Shown: positions 1 through 14,024 of the stretch, piece after piece
Layout of the letters: each line of letters starts with the position of its first letter
How positions within the stretch are numbered: position 1 is the first letter of the stretch
Assembly (NCBI RefSeq): GCF_009914755.1
Contig: NC_060925.1
From: the human T2T-CHM13v2.0 reference genome, Homo sapiens
Direction: 5' to 3' (one strand)
Length of the DNA stretch: 64,000 nucleotides
The notes under the pieces: model-generated
What the model was told of the DNA's origin: nothing
Database searches by the model: none
What the model saw: the letters and a program-made list of their open reading frames with translations, nothing else
Position numbers and translations under genes: made by a program

Positions 1-521
1 CTATTTCTGGAGAGGCTGAGAACACATGGAGCCCCCACACTCACAGGCACGCGCACACACACACCAACTCCACCATCCCGCATGCCCAGCTCCAGGAAGC
101 TGCCTTTCCCTTGGAGACACTTTGTTATTTGGAAAGAAAAAGCAACATGTGAAAATAAATCTTCAGGTTGCAGAGGACATATCTATAGGATATTGTTGTC
201 ATCTTGATATTCAGGAAATGAAGATGCTCTAAATAGCAAAGGCAGATCATTACTGCCTTCCAAGGAGAGTTGGCAAGAACTCCAAAGAAGGGAAACCGAG
301 TTTGCCTCCATCCAAGTAGGATTGATGCATGTAACAAATTTGCTTTTGATGTGGAAGTGGTGGAAATGAAAGCGTCAACGTTAATTACCCCAGGGTAACA
401 AGTTTGTAATATGGATCCCAAAGAAAAACATGCCCCTTTGCAACATGGTCTCTATTTAGGTTTGGCTCATCCCAAGAAGGGGCAAATCAGCCCAGGAAAG
501 GGTCATTTTTCATAACACACT

Positions 522-950
522 TGTATTCGTTTTCTATTGCTGCAGTAACAAATTACCACAAACTTAGTGGCTTCCAAAATACAAATGTATTATACTTTTA
601 GAGGTCACAAGTTTGAAATGGGTCTCAAATCAAGGCGTTGACAAGGCTGTGTTCTAGGGGAGAATCCATGAGCCCAGGAGTGAGGCCACCTTCACTCCTG
701 AGCTCATGGTCTCCTTCTGCCATTGCCCCTCCAACGCTGTGTCTATTGTCCCACCTCTTTCTCTGACTGACCCTCCTGCCTCCCTCTCATAAGGATGCTT
801 GTGATTAAATTGAGCCCATTCAGAAAATACAGGATGTTCTCCCAACTACAGAGGTCCTTACCAGTCCTTTTTGCCATATGAAGATAACAAGTTCACAGGT
901 TCCAGGGATTAGGACACAGACATCTTTGGGGGTCATTATTGTGTCTACCA
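522..950 (-). mobile_element. MaLR LTR (MLT1C/MLT1D-like)
   Basis: Diagnostic MLT1 segments 'gtaacaaattaccacaaacttagtggctt' and 'ttcacaggttccagggattaggac...acatctttggggg'. Confidence 0.75.
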
Positions 951-1152
951 TTCAACTGTAGCCTTTTGTGCTTCCAGAGGAACAGGTGAGGAGACCACTG
1001 TGCCTGCTCCAATCTGAGGCAAGTACAGGAGGGAACAGGGTTGTGGTCCTGTTCTTCCAGGAGCACCATGGAAGATGCAGCATCGAGATTGTGGGGGATG
1101 AGAGTAGACGGAGCAGGTGGCCTTGGACTTGGCCTTCCTTTTTATTTATTTA

Positions 1153-1450
1153 GGGTTTTTTTTTTTTGTACAGGGTTTCATTCTATTGCCCAGGCTGGAG
1201 TGCAGTGGTGCAATCATAACTCACTGCAGCCTTGAACTCTTGGGCTCAAGTGATCCTCCCACTTCAGCCTCCTGAGTAGCTGGGACTACAGGCACGTGCC
1301 ACCATGCTCCACCAATTTTTTAATTTTTTGTAGAGATGGGGGGGGTGGTCTAGCTATGTTGCCCAGGCTGGTCTCGAACTCCTGGGCTCAAGCAATCCTC
1401 TCATTTTGGCCTCCCAAAGTGCTGAGAATACAGGTGTGAGCCTCGACACC
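1153..1450 (-). mobile_element. Alu (old, J-like)
   Basis: Poly-T followed by reverse-complement Alu dimer. Confidence 0.9.
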
Positions 1451-1479
1451 CTTTTAGAAAGGCCCTTCCTTTCTAAATA

Positions 1480-1730
1480 ACAATGACAGCTACTACCAGT
1501 AACTGAATGGCTGCTGTGCACCACACACCCAGCTGAGCATTATATAGACAACATCACCTTTATCCTCACAGTAATCTTGCAACTATTTCTCTTGTTTTTA
1601 TACACAAGGAAGTGGAGGCTTGGAGGAGCAAGGTGGATCCCCCAAGAACACACATCTGGATAGAGATCACTGAGATTCAGTAACCATCAGACTCAGAGTC
1701 TGCTCCTAAACACCACACACCACCCGCTCT
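1480..1730 (+). mobile_element. MIR-like SINE remnant
   Basis: 'tatcctcacagtaatc...acaaggaagtggaggcttggagg...cccaagaacacaca' resembles the MIR core. Confidence 0.55.
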
Positions 1731-3007
1731 CTCCACCCTCCCCATCCCCAGCCTATGGGAAGCCTTTGTCAAGAGGTGCCAGCCCACAGAGGTCACACGG
1801 GCCCTGAACGTCTGAACTGCATGACCGGGACCCATGCTCCCAGGGTGGTCCCTGCACATCCTACCTTTTCCTTAAGACCATGAGCTCATCGGGACAGGAG
1901 AAAGGTCTCCCCTTGCCCTGTTATTTCCCCCAGTGGCCAGCAGAGTGCTGGGTACACAGTGGGTGCACAATTAGAGCCTATCTCCTTGACTTACCTGCCT
2001 CAGATTTACATACCAGGATGGAGCACATATTAAGCACCTCACCCCACGTGCCCTCAGCACGGCCCCACCTGGTAAGGTCTTGAGCAGAAGGAAGAGTGAG
2101 GACACCTTCTCCACACAGCCTCTCCTCAATAAGACCCTTCATGCTTCATCCTCCAGGGTGTTTTCAGCCAAGATTCTTTCTCCTTTAATCCAGAAGCGTC
2201 TGGGATCTATGAGCCCTGTATGTCCCTTGGATGTGTCTTCTGTGTCCTTGACTTGCAGAGTGAGCGAGATCTAAAGATCCAGTGACACAGCCCTTTTGCC
2301 CCGGTGCAGAGGAGGGACAAGTGGAAGGGAGCCGGGGCCTGCTCCCACCCTCACCACAAAGTCCTCTACAACAGGCTGTGGGGGACGGTGGCCAGTCACT
2401 ACCATCAGCCCCAAAGGCGGAGGCAGAGCTCAGGCCATGACACTAAATTGAGGGCCACTTTCGGACTGCAGGACCAGGAAGCCAATAGCCCCTGGTGGTG
2501 GGAAGAGATTGTGCTGCGAAGGAGGAACACTAGAATGACCTTTTCCTGCAGGAGCAAAGACCAGGTTTCTCATGGTCCTTGTGGCCAAAGCAGCACCTGT
2601 GGGCACACCTGCCCCTCGGGAAAGGGGAACCTGTGGACGCTAATGATCCAGCCAGGGCACCTAGAGGTTTCTGAGCAAGGACACCCCATCCAGCAGGAGG
2701 TGCCGGCATCAGCTCTAAAGTGACCAAGGAGCTACCAGCATAGTAAGGGGGAAGGGTGGCACCCAGAGACCAGAGAAAGGATGCCCAGAAGACAAAGGCC
2801 AGACCATGAGGACAGGACTCCTTCCCATCCTTATGAGAGCTGGCTCTGGAATGAGGGGCTATTTTGTGGGGATGGGCCATTTGAGTCTGACTCCATTGGT
2901 AGCTATATGATGGCAGGCAACTGGGTGAAAAGTAAAAATAGAGTCCTCTTGAGATAGATACAAAAGTAAAAATACATATGTCCTCTTGAGATAGAAATTG
3001 GATAAGC

Positions 3008-3598
<591 letters not shown>

Positions 3599-3619
3599 TG
3601 AGCAACACCCTTAACAGAA

Positions 3620-5310
<1,691 letters not shown>

Positions 5311-5899
5311 GCTTGAGCTCTAATTGAGGTTTTAAAAAAATGTATCCTTTTAAAAATGCATTCAATGAACACACATATAGAACTTCACCTGCTCAAGGCA
5401 CTATTCTAAGTGCAGCACAAATGTTAACTCCTCATTGTGGTCTTGTTATCCCATGTAACCCCTCTGCTGCTGTCTGGCTCAGCGGGACATTCTCCTCCAC
5501 TTACTATCCTACCTCTCAGCTCATGTTTGTAGCCTGTGGTCGGCACCATATCAACCAAGGTTGGTCTCAGCCCCTGCTCTGATTGCCATCAAAAAAAGTG
5601 TCGTGCCCTCCACACAGCCCCCAAAAGACAAACAAAGGCCATTCACAAAAGACCTCTGTGTGTATCAGATGTCTCTGCTGTTTCAGAAGCAGCGGTTGGG
5701 CAGTCTCCACCAGACAGAGAGCCCGGCCTCTGACCACTCTCCCCCTCTCCCCTCCCCTCCCGCCCTGGTCTCTCGGTTTAGTTCATGCTGAGGTTGGTCG
5801 CTTGTTTCATTCACTGTCTCCTACGCAGTCCATGCCACGGGGGATAAGTTTTTCACAAGTGGCTTTTTTTCCCCACAGTGAAGAGACGTGGCCTGGGTC

Positions 5900-6900
5900 T
5901 GGAGTTCCTCAACCGGCAAAATACGACGTGAACAGCTCCTGCACCCAAAAAGGCCCCGAGTTAACTCTGCTGCATAGGCGAGGCAGGCACCGCGCCGCCA
6001 GTCGGGGACGCAGAGCGAGCGCGTCCTCTGGGATTTGAAGGCCGCCCCCGTCAAAGTTGGCATTCGGGGGCCTGCGTGTTCCGGAGCTACGGAGCGGCAA
6101 CTGAGGCAGGAGCTCAGGACTGGGGGGAGAAAGAGAGACCCTGGAAGCGATTAACGTGCCCCTTGCTTTACAGATGTGGCAGATAAGACACGAGAGGGAG
6201 CTCTGGTCCCCGAGGGGCTGTCCCGGGAGGGAGCGAGGTGGGGAGGGGGAGCAGGCCCTGCCCCGAGCACCCCGCGGACTGAGCGTCTGGCGTGCACGGC
6301 GGAGGGGTTACCGCGGGGAGGTGACACCCCAGGGTGGTGAGGGCACGCAGATGAGGCTGGCCTGAGGGGTGCCTGCTTTGGGGAAAGCAGTCTGTGGAGG
6401 GAGGGAAGGAGGGCGATCGCGGCCCCACGCGGGTTGTGCTGCTGAGGCTCCGCGCCGCAGGAAAGGCACCCTAGCCGGATTCGCCCTCGGACGCCCCAGC
6501 TGGGCACACTCACGCGGCTCTCCCGCGGCTTCTCGGGAATTCGCCTCCAGGGCAATCAGCTCTTCGCACAAACGTTCAAACCAAGGTAAGAGCTATCAGA
6601 TCCAGCCAGATCTGCTTCCTAAGCCTGGCCAGGGCCCTAAGCACCCCCACCCACACGCTCAGAGGCGGGCGACGCCGAGGCAGCGCGAACCCGCCCCACG
6701 CGGTCAGCTCCAAGGCGCCCTGTTTAGCGTTACCTCTGCGACCCTGGGATGGGCCTGGGCAGGGGCTGGCTTCCCCTGGCTAAACGCAGTCAATGAAGGG
6801 GGTTCACTTTCCTAAATACGCCGGCCTCTGCCCATATCCCCCGTGCAAAAACGCAGGGCCCCTCTCCCTCCAGTCGATGGTCCTTAGGCGTCGGAAAGGG
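5900..6900. promoter_or_regulatory. Orphan CpG island
   Basis: High GC and abundant unmutated CpG (e.g. cgcgccgcc, gcgagcgcg, gcgatcgcgg) in non-repeat sequence. Confidence 0.75.
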
Positions 6901-9244
6901 CAGAAGAGTTCGCTTTTCTCCCAGCCCGAAGCTTAGCCTAACAGGGCCCTGCCTGTGGGGCAAGGTGGGCCCTGCCCTGGATGGGACCCCACCCACCCCT
7001 CCAGGAGCAGTAGGTCCCATTGAGTCACGATATTATCCACCCTGGTAAACTTGCTCGTATGTTACCAAGAGGAGGAGGCTGTTAGGCCCTTGTCAGCCGT
7101 GAGCTAGGATAATCTAGGGAACAGAAAGAAGCCATCAGGTGCAGGGTGCCGGAGGGACATCTAAGCAAGGCAGGCCTCATGTGGCCTCATGGACAGTGGG
7201 GATGAGAAATGGCACCTTCTTCATTCTGCCTGGAAGCAGGCAGTGGGCCAGGTCTCTCTCAGCCGGGCTGAGGACCCTGGACAGAGCTCAGATTCCGGAT
7301 ACAGTTCCTCCACAGAGTGGGGTGGGAATCCGGGTGGGCCCCACCCACTGAGGCTCACCCAGGCTGCAGGAATCCCTGGGACCTAATAATACACACAAAT
7401 CAGAAAACGGGCTGCAGGCCCTGGCCATGCAAGGAGAGAAAGAAAGCTGACGCCTGTCCTAGCCTGTCCCCACTGGCCTTGCCCTAAAAGCAGCAGGGCG
7501 TCTGGTCCCAGAGCCCAAGGCCTCACTGGCTGGGCAGCCAATAGCATCCCTATATCAAGAGGATGAGCACGCTGCAGGGAATGGCAGGCATGTGGCCCAG
7601 CTGTCACAGTGAGCACAGCCCCATGGGCCCGCCTGGGCTGCCTGCCTCAGGCTTCTCCCACTCCACAGCCTCCTTCCTGTCCCAGGCTCTGGAGCCAGCA
7701 GAGGAGCTGCAGTCAAACCAGCTCAGGCACTTTCAGCCTAGTTAGGAAGACCAGGCAGCTGTAGGGAGGGGAAGGGGAATAAATACAGCCTGATAATGGG
7801 GAGCCTGTGAAATGGAACACAAGGAGGTCGCTTAGAGGACGGCAAAGGTAAAAACCTGCTTAAGGAAGGCGGAGGGTACTGTTCTCAACACTGGCTCTGA
7901 CTGACGGGTTCTAGAGGGAAATGCTCCCTTTTATCTCCCACCCAGGAAGGAGTCTGAGAGCTTCCATGCCCCAGACTTGCCCACCATCCCCACCACCACG
8001 TCCCCTCTGAACATTCCGTGACGCTAGAGACACAGGCTCCAGGACTTTATGATCCACCATCAGCCTTGTTTTTCAAATCTACTCAATGGGAATACGTCTA
8101 GCTTTCCTCCTAAGCAGGCAGCTCATTACATCCTTGGCCCTGGAGGAAAGTTCCCTTCACCCAGTTCAGGGTGGATACAGATGCCAGGAGACTCGCTGAT
8201 CAGCCACCAGGCCCTCTCTGAGCCGTCCCTGGGTGTAAGGACCTGCATGGGCTCCTAGGGGGCACGTTATGAAGGAAACTTGGCCACTGCTTTCAAGGAG
8301 TACCTGAGATTAACAAGACCCAAGTGAGAAAGCTGGTGCCGAGGGAGGGTGTCCAAGCAGTTCAAGGCTACCTTCTGCCCAGAGTCGTGGACCCCACACA
8401 CACAGCTCCGTGTGCATGTGAAGGAAAGGCAAAGCAGTTTGAATTCCTGATCAGAAGGGTGGGAGCATGGTGTGGAGTGAGCTCCCAGGCCTCCCTGGAG
8501 CCAGGCACCTGAGCCACTGAGAGACAACGTCCCTGAGAAGGGGCCAAAGTGCAGAGAAGGAGGGGGTGGTGCAAGGGATGGGGGAGGGGGGCGCAGGAGA
8601 GCTCAGGGTGTGCACTGAGGCCGCGGGCCCGGGGAGCTCCCAGGCAGGGTCTGGATGCTCTTGTCTTTCCCCCAGACCATGAGAATCCTGGGGAGATGCC
8701 CACCAGTGCCGCTCTCCTGGCTCTTAAGTTTGGATTTAAAGCTGTGCTTACTTATCCAAGGGGCTGGGAGAAAGCACAAGCCCTTTGTCAGCGGCTCTCT
8801 TCTTCCTTCTACGTTCAGGCAGAGTGCGGGAAGGAAAGGACAGCTGATACCCAGGAGCCTCCAGAAAGGAGAGGGCTGTGCCATGGCCAGGCACCCCTGC
8901 ACCCCTCCCCCAACACCCCAGGCATGGTCATCGGGCCCTTGGAGCTTTGCCAGGGCCAGGACTCTGCTTCGGCGTGCAGGCAGGACCTGGGAACCTGGGT
9001 CTCTGGCATCTTGTTCTGAACGTGGGGATTCTTCCGGAGGGCAGAGCAGACGTGCCCATGCCTCTTCTCCACCAAACCCAGGAGCTGGGAGCGAACAGCA
9101 GGGCCGGCATCCATCCCAGGCACACAGGGGCACACATCAGCTCTGGCTGCCCATCCCTCTCTGAGCATTGCAGAAAGGCGGGTGCCGCAGGGCTCCCAGC
9201 TCACCCCAAGTTCCTCTTAGCAATAGAAAACCTGAATTCCCCTC

Positions 9245-9485
9245 TTCTGAGTATTTTGAAGGCAACAGGATGTACATGTTCAACATTCATCTTCTGGTTT
9301 GAGCTCGTTCCGCGGTTCTAGCAGGGGAGTGGTATACACTTGACCACAGAACCGTTGTCCTCTATCAGAGAAGATTCTCCTCTTCCACCCAGCATGCAGC
9401 TTCAGGAGAGATCCACATGGAGCAGTGAGGGAGGAAAGGGATGCCTGCCTAAGCCAGCAGGTGTCAACCCATTCGAATCAACCCT
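9245..9485 (-). pseudogene. 7SK snRNA retro-pseudogene (5'-truncated, diverged; probably RN7SKP276)
   Basis: Reverse complement follows 7SK collinearly: agggttgattcg...ttcctccctcactgctccatgtg...gaagctgc...gaagagga...gatagagga...ggtcaagtgtatac...ctcccctgctagaacc. Confidence 0.85.
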
Positions 9486-10035
9486 CTGCAGAATGGTAGC
9501 CCCAGGCGGCGTGCCTGTCATTTGCTCTGATCATCTATTATGCGCACCGCATGATAGCAGCAGCCCCCCACCATCTGTTTAGGATCCTTATTATGTGGGT
9601 GTCACATTTAAGTGCCTATTAGCACAGCTTCCCTGAGCCCCTCCTGCAGCTGCTACCACCCTTTGGTGCCAAAGCCCAGGCGGTTGTTCTTGTTGACTCT
9701 GTTCTCCTTCCCAGAACACTGATTACTGCTGGGAGGGCTGGCAACTCCCCACAGCCCTCTAGAGCAGCAGCTGAAAGCGCCTGGTTATTAAAAAGGCTTA
9801 GAGCTCCTGATAAGAGAGAAGGATCGCTTTATAATTCCTATGTAGACTTCTAAATTATTCCCTCGGCCCTCATCCTCTGCCACCAGATTCCCCTCCACCA
9901 GTTGGAAGGCTTAGTTAACGAGTCAGATATGAGCAGGCGCTGATATAAAAATAGAGGCAGGCAGTGGGAGCTGGCACTGTGACTCACCGTGTGGCAGGCG
10001 TGGGGCTCTGCAGACAGCTGCAGGCAGGCCTTATG

Positions 10036-10222
10036 CCCTCCCCCTCGGCCTCCTCTTCCCCTCCCCTACCTCTCCCTGTCCCCTCCTCCCCCCCTCCCCC
10101 TCCTCCTCTCTCCTCTCCTAGTTCCCTCTCCCTTCCTTCCCTTTCCTCCCCTTTCCGTCTCCCTTCTCCCCCCCACCCCTTCATCTCTCCTTCCTCCCTC
10201 TCCCCTCCCCCCTCCCCTTTCC
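10036..10222. repeat. Polypyrimidine (CT-rich) low-complexity tract
   Basis: ~185 bp almost entirely C/T on the + strand. Confidence 0.9.
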
Positions 10223-11134
10223 AGCCCCAGAGCACAGGCCTTCAAGCAGACCCTGGGTCCAGCCAGGCTTTTTGAGCAGGTTTCTCATATTTATCATTCC
10301 CTCGAGGCAGTGAGTGAAATGGGAGGGAATGCCGAAATAGCACAGACTCTCATTCTCCTGCGGGCTTTTTGAGTTTTCTGCAGAGAACATTCTAATGACC
10401 CTCCCTTCCAGCCCCAAGGCTCCAACAGACTGAGAGGAAGTAAAAGGGCTGCTGGGACCCAGGTCGTACCGCAATCTCAGGCCCAGCCTGCCCCCGTCTC
10501 CCCACTAGGCACGCCATCTCCAGGGCTCCCAACTTGCCTGGTTCCCCACACCAGCCGAAGCTCCCAAAGGAAGGTGCCCTCGTTGAGCATCCAAATGTGT
10601 GAATCAGAGACCTGAAAGCTATCATTCAGTTCTCCCTCCTACACCCACCGAGGCCAGGTTCTGTGTGCATGTGTGTGTGTGTTTCTCTCTCCCTCTGTCT
10701 CCTTAAAACAGTTCAATGGATTTCCATTGCTCTTAAAATAAAAATTATATATACATTCAGCAGTGGAGGGTCTGCACAGGCTAGATTGGCCAACTGTGCC
10801 TCCTTGACAACCCCACGCCACCCCTACCCTCTCTCCCAGCTACACTGACCTCCCTTCAGGACTTAAAGGATCCCAGGACCTTGCTAGAGGTGTTCAACCT
10901 GCCTTTCAGAGCTGCACTTGCTCTGGAAGCCCTTCCTGACCGAGGATTGGTCAATGCTGTCCCATGCCACACCCCTCCTTTGTAGCATGTGTGAAATGTG
11001 CAGAGGCACATTGGTTCAAGTTGCTATTTGGTTGTTTGCTTGAGATGGAATCTTACTCTATTGCCCACGCTGGAGGGCAATGGCACAATCGCGGCTGGCT
11101 GCAACCTCTGCCTCCCGGGTTTGAGGGATTCTCC

Positions 11135-11534
11135 TGTCAGGCCTCTGAGCCCAAGCTAAGCCATCGCAGCCCCGGTGACTTGCACATATATGCCCAGATG
11201 GCCTGAAGTAACTGAAGAATCACAAAAGAAGTGAAAATGGCCGGTCCTTGCCTTAAGTGATGACATTACCTTGTAAAAGTCCTTTTCCTGGCTCATCCTG
11301 GCTCAAAAAGCTCCCCTACTGAGCACCTTATGACCCCCACTCCTGCCAGCCAGAGAACAACCCCCCTTTTGACTGTAATTTTCCTTTACCTGCCCAAATC
11401 CTATAAAACTGCCCCACCCTTAACTCCCTTCGCTTTCTTTTCGGACTCAGCCCACCTGCACTCAGGTGAAATAAACAGCTTTATTGCTCACACAAAACCT
11501 GTTTGGTGGTCTCTTCACATGGACGCGCATGAAA
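11135..11534 (+). mobile_element. 5' LTR7
   Basis: 400 bp; TATAAAA at 11402-11408, AATAAA at 11470-11475. Confidence 0.92.
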
Positions 11535-11536
11535 TA

Positions 11537-11554
11537 TGTTGCTGTGACTGGGAT
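11537..11554 (+). other. Degenerate tRNA-His primer-binding site
   Basis: tgttgctgtgactgggat vs His PBS TGGTGCCGTGACTCGGAT (3 mismatches), just after the 5' LTR. Confidence 0.8.
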
Positions 11555-13228
11555 CAGGGGACCTCCCTTGGGAGATCAATCCCCTGTCCTCCTGTTCTTT
11601 GCTCCGTGAAAAAGATCCACCTACGACCTCAGGTCCTCAGACCCACCAGCCCAAGGAACATCTCACCAATTTTAAATCAGGTAAGTGACCTCTTCTTACT
11701 CTCTTCTCCAACCTTTCTCATTGTCCCTCAACCACTTTCTCCTTTCCACTCTTCAATCTCTCCCTTTTCTTAATTTCAATTCCTTTCATTTTCTGGTAGA
11801 GACAAAGGAGACACGTTTTATCTGTGGACCCAAAACTCTGGCGCCGGTCATGGACTGGCAAGGCAGCCTTCCCTTGGTGTCTAATCATTGCAGGGACACC
11901 TCTCTGATTATTAACCCAGGTTTCAGAGGTGTCAGACCATGCAGGGACGCCTGACTTGGTCCTTCACCCTTAGCAGCAAATCCCGCTTTTCTGGGGGAGG
12001 GGCAAGTACCCCAACCCCTTCTCATGTCTCTACCCCTTCTCTGCCTTTCTGGGGGGCAAGAAACCCCCAACCCCTTCTGCTTCACTCTTAGCGGCAAGTC
12101 CTGCTTTTCTGGGGAAGGGGCAAGTACCCCAACCCCTTATCTCTGTGTCTCTACCCCTTCTCTGCTTTTCTGGGGGAGGGGCAAGTACCCTTCAACCCCT
12201 TCTCCTTCACCCTTAGTGGCAAGTCTCACTTTTCTAGGGGGCAAGAACCCCCAATCCCTTATTTCCATGCCCCAACCCCTTTCCCACTTTTCTGGAGGGT
12301 AAGAACCCCCAAACCCCTTCCCTCCGTGTCTCTATGCTCTCTTTTCTCTGGGCTTGCCTCCTTCACTATGGGCAACCTTCCACCCTCCATTCCTCCTCCT
12401 TCTCCCTTAGTCTGTGTTCTCAAGAACTTAAAAACCTCTTCAACTCACACCTGACCTCAAACCTAAATGCCTTATTTTCTTCTGCAATGCCGCTTGACCC
12501 CAATACAAACTTGACAGTGGTTCCAAATAGCCAGAAAACAGCACTTTGAATTTTTCCATCCTGCAAGATCTACATAATTCTTGTCGTAAAATAGGCAAAC
12601 GGTCTGAGGTGCCTGATGTCCAGGCATTCTTTTACACATCAGTCCCTTCCTAGTCTCTGTGCCCAATGCAACTTGTCCCAAATCTTCCTTCTTTCCCTCC
12701 TGCCTGTCCCCTCAGTCCCAACCCCAAGGGTCGCTGAGTCTTTCTAATCTTCCTTTTCTACAGACCCATCTGACCTCTCCCCTCCTCACCAGGCTGAGCT
12801 AGGTCCCAATTCTTCCTCAGCCTCCGCTCCTCCACCCTATAATCTTTTTATCGCCTCCCCTCCTCACACCTGGTCCGGCTTACAGTTTCGTTCCGTGACT
12901 AGCCCTCCCCCACCTGCCCAGCAATTTCCTCTTAAAAAGGTGGCTGGAGCTAAAGGCATAGTCAAGGTTAATGCTCCTTTTTCTTTATCCCAAATCTGAT
13001 AGCGTTTAGGCTCTTTTTCATCAAATATAAAAATCCAGCCCAGTTCATGGCTCGTTTGGCAGCAACCCTGAGACGCTTTACAGCCCTGGACCCTAAAAGG
13101 TCAAAAGGCCGTCTTATTCTCAATATGCATTTTATTACCCAATCTGCTCCTGACATTAAATAAAACTCCAAAACTTAAATTCCAGCCCTCAAACCCCACA
13201 ACAGGATTTAATTAACCTTGCCTTCAAG

Positions 13229-13480
13229 GTGTACAATAATAGAAAAAAGTTGCAATTCCTTGCCTCCACTGTGAGACAAACCCCAGCCACATCTCCAGCA
13301 CACAAGAACTTCCAAACGCCTGAACCGCAGCTGCCAGGCGTTCCTCCAGAACCTCCTCCCACAGGAGCTTGCTACATGTGCCGGAAATCTGGCCACCGGG
13401 CCAAGGAATGCCCACAGCCCGGGATTCCTCCTAAGCCATGTCCCATCTGTGTGGGACCCCACTGAAAATCAGACTGTTCA
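13229..13480 (+). pseudogene. gag: HERV-H gag nucleocapsid remnant
   Basis: Zinc knuckle CYMCRKSGHRAKEC; a second knuckle CPICVGPH is broken by a stop. Confidence 0.85.
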
Positions 13481-14024
13481 ACTAACCTGGCAGCCAGTTC
13501 CAGAGCCCCTGGAACTCTGGCCCAAGGCTCTCTGACTGACTCCTTCCCAGATCTTCTCGGCTTAGCAGCTGAAGACTGACACTGCCCGATCGCCTCGGAA
13601 GCCTACAGGACCGTCACAGATGCTCTAGGTAACTCTCGCAGTAGAGGATAAGTCCATCCCCTTCTTAATACGGAGGCCACCCACTCCACATTACCTTCTT
13701 TTCAAGGGCCTGTTTCCCTTGCCTCCATAACTATTGTGGGTATTGACGGCCAGGCTTCTAAACCTCTTAAAACTCCTCAACTCTAGTGCCAACTTAGACA
13801 ACATTCTTTTATGCACTCTCTTTTAGTTATCCCCACCTGCCCAGCTCCCTTATTAGGCCAAGACATTTTAACTAAATTATCTGCTTCCCTATTCCTGGAC
13901 TACAGCCGCATCTCATTGCCAGCCTTCTCCCAAACCCAAAGCCTCCTTTGCATCTTCCTCTTGTATCCCCCCACCTTAACCACAAGTATGGGACATCTCT
14001 ACTCCTTCCCTGGCAACCGATCAC

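Noticed and set aside
8278-9321. Stack of overlapping 130-176 aa ORFs on both strands
   Set aside because: GC-rich stop-poor sequence; no recognisable domain or exon structure.
11960-12330. Repeated 'cttttctggggga(a)ggggcaagtaccccaacccc' units with variable spacers, superficially CRISPR-like
   Set aside because: Imperfect repeats typical of the HERV-H leader; eukaryotic context with no cas genes.
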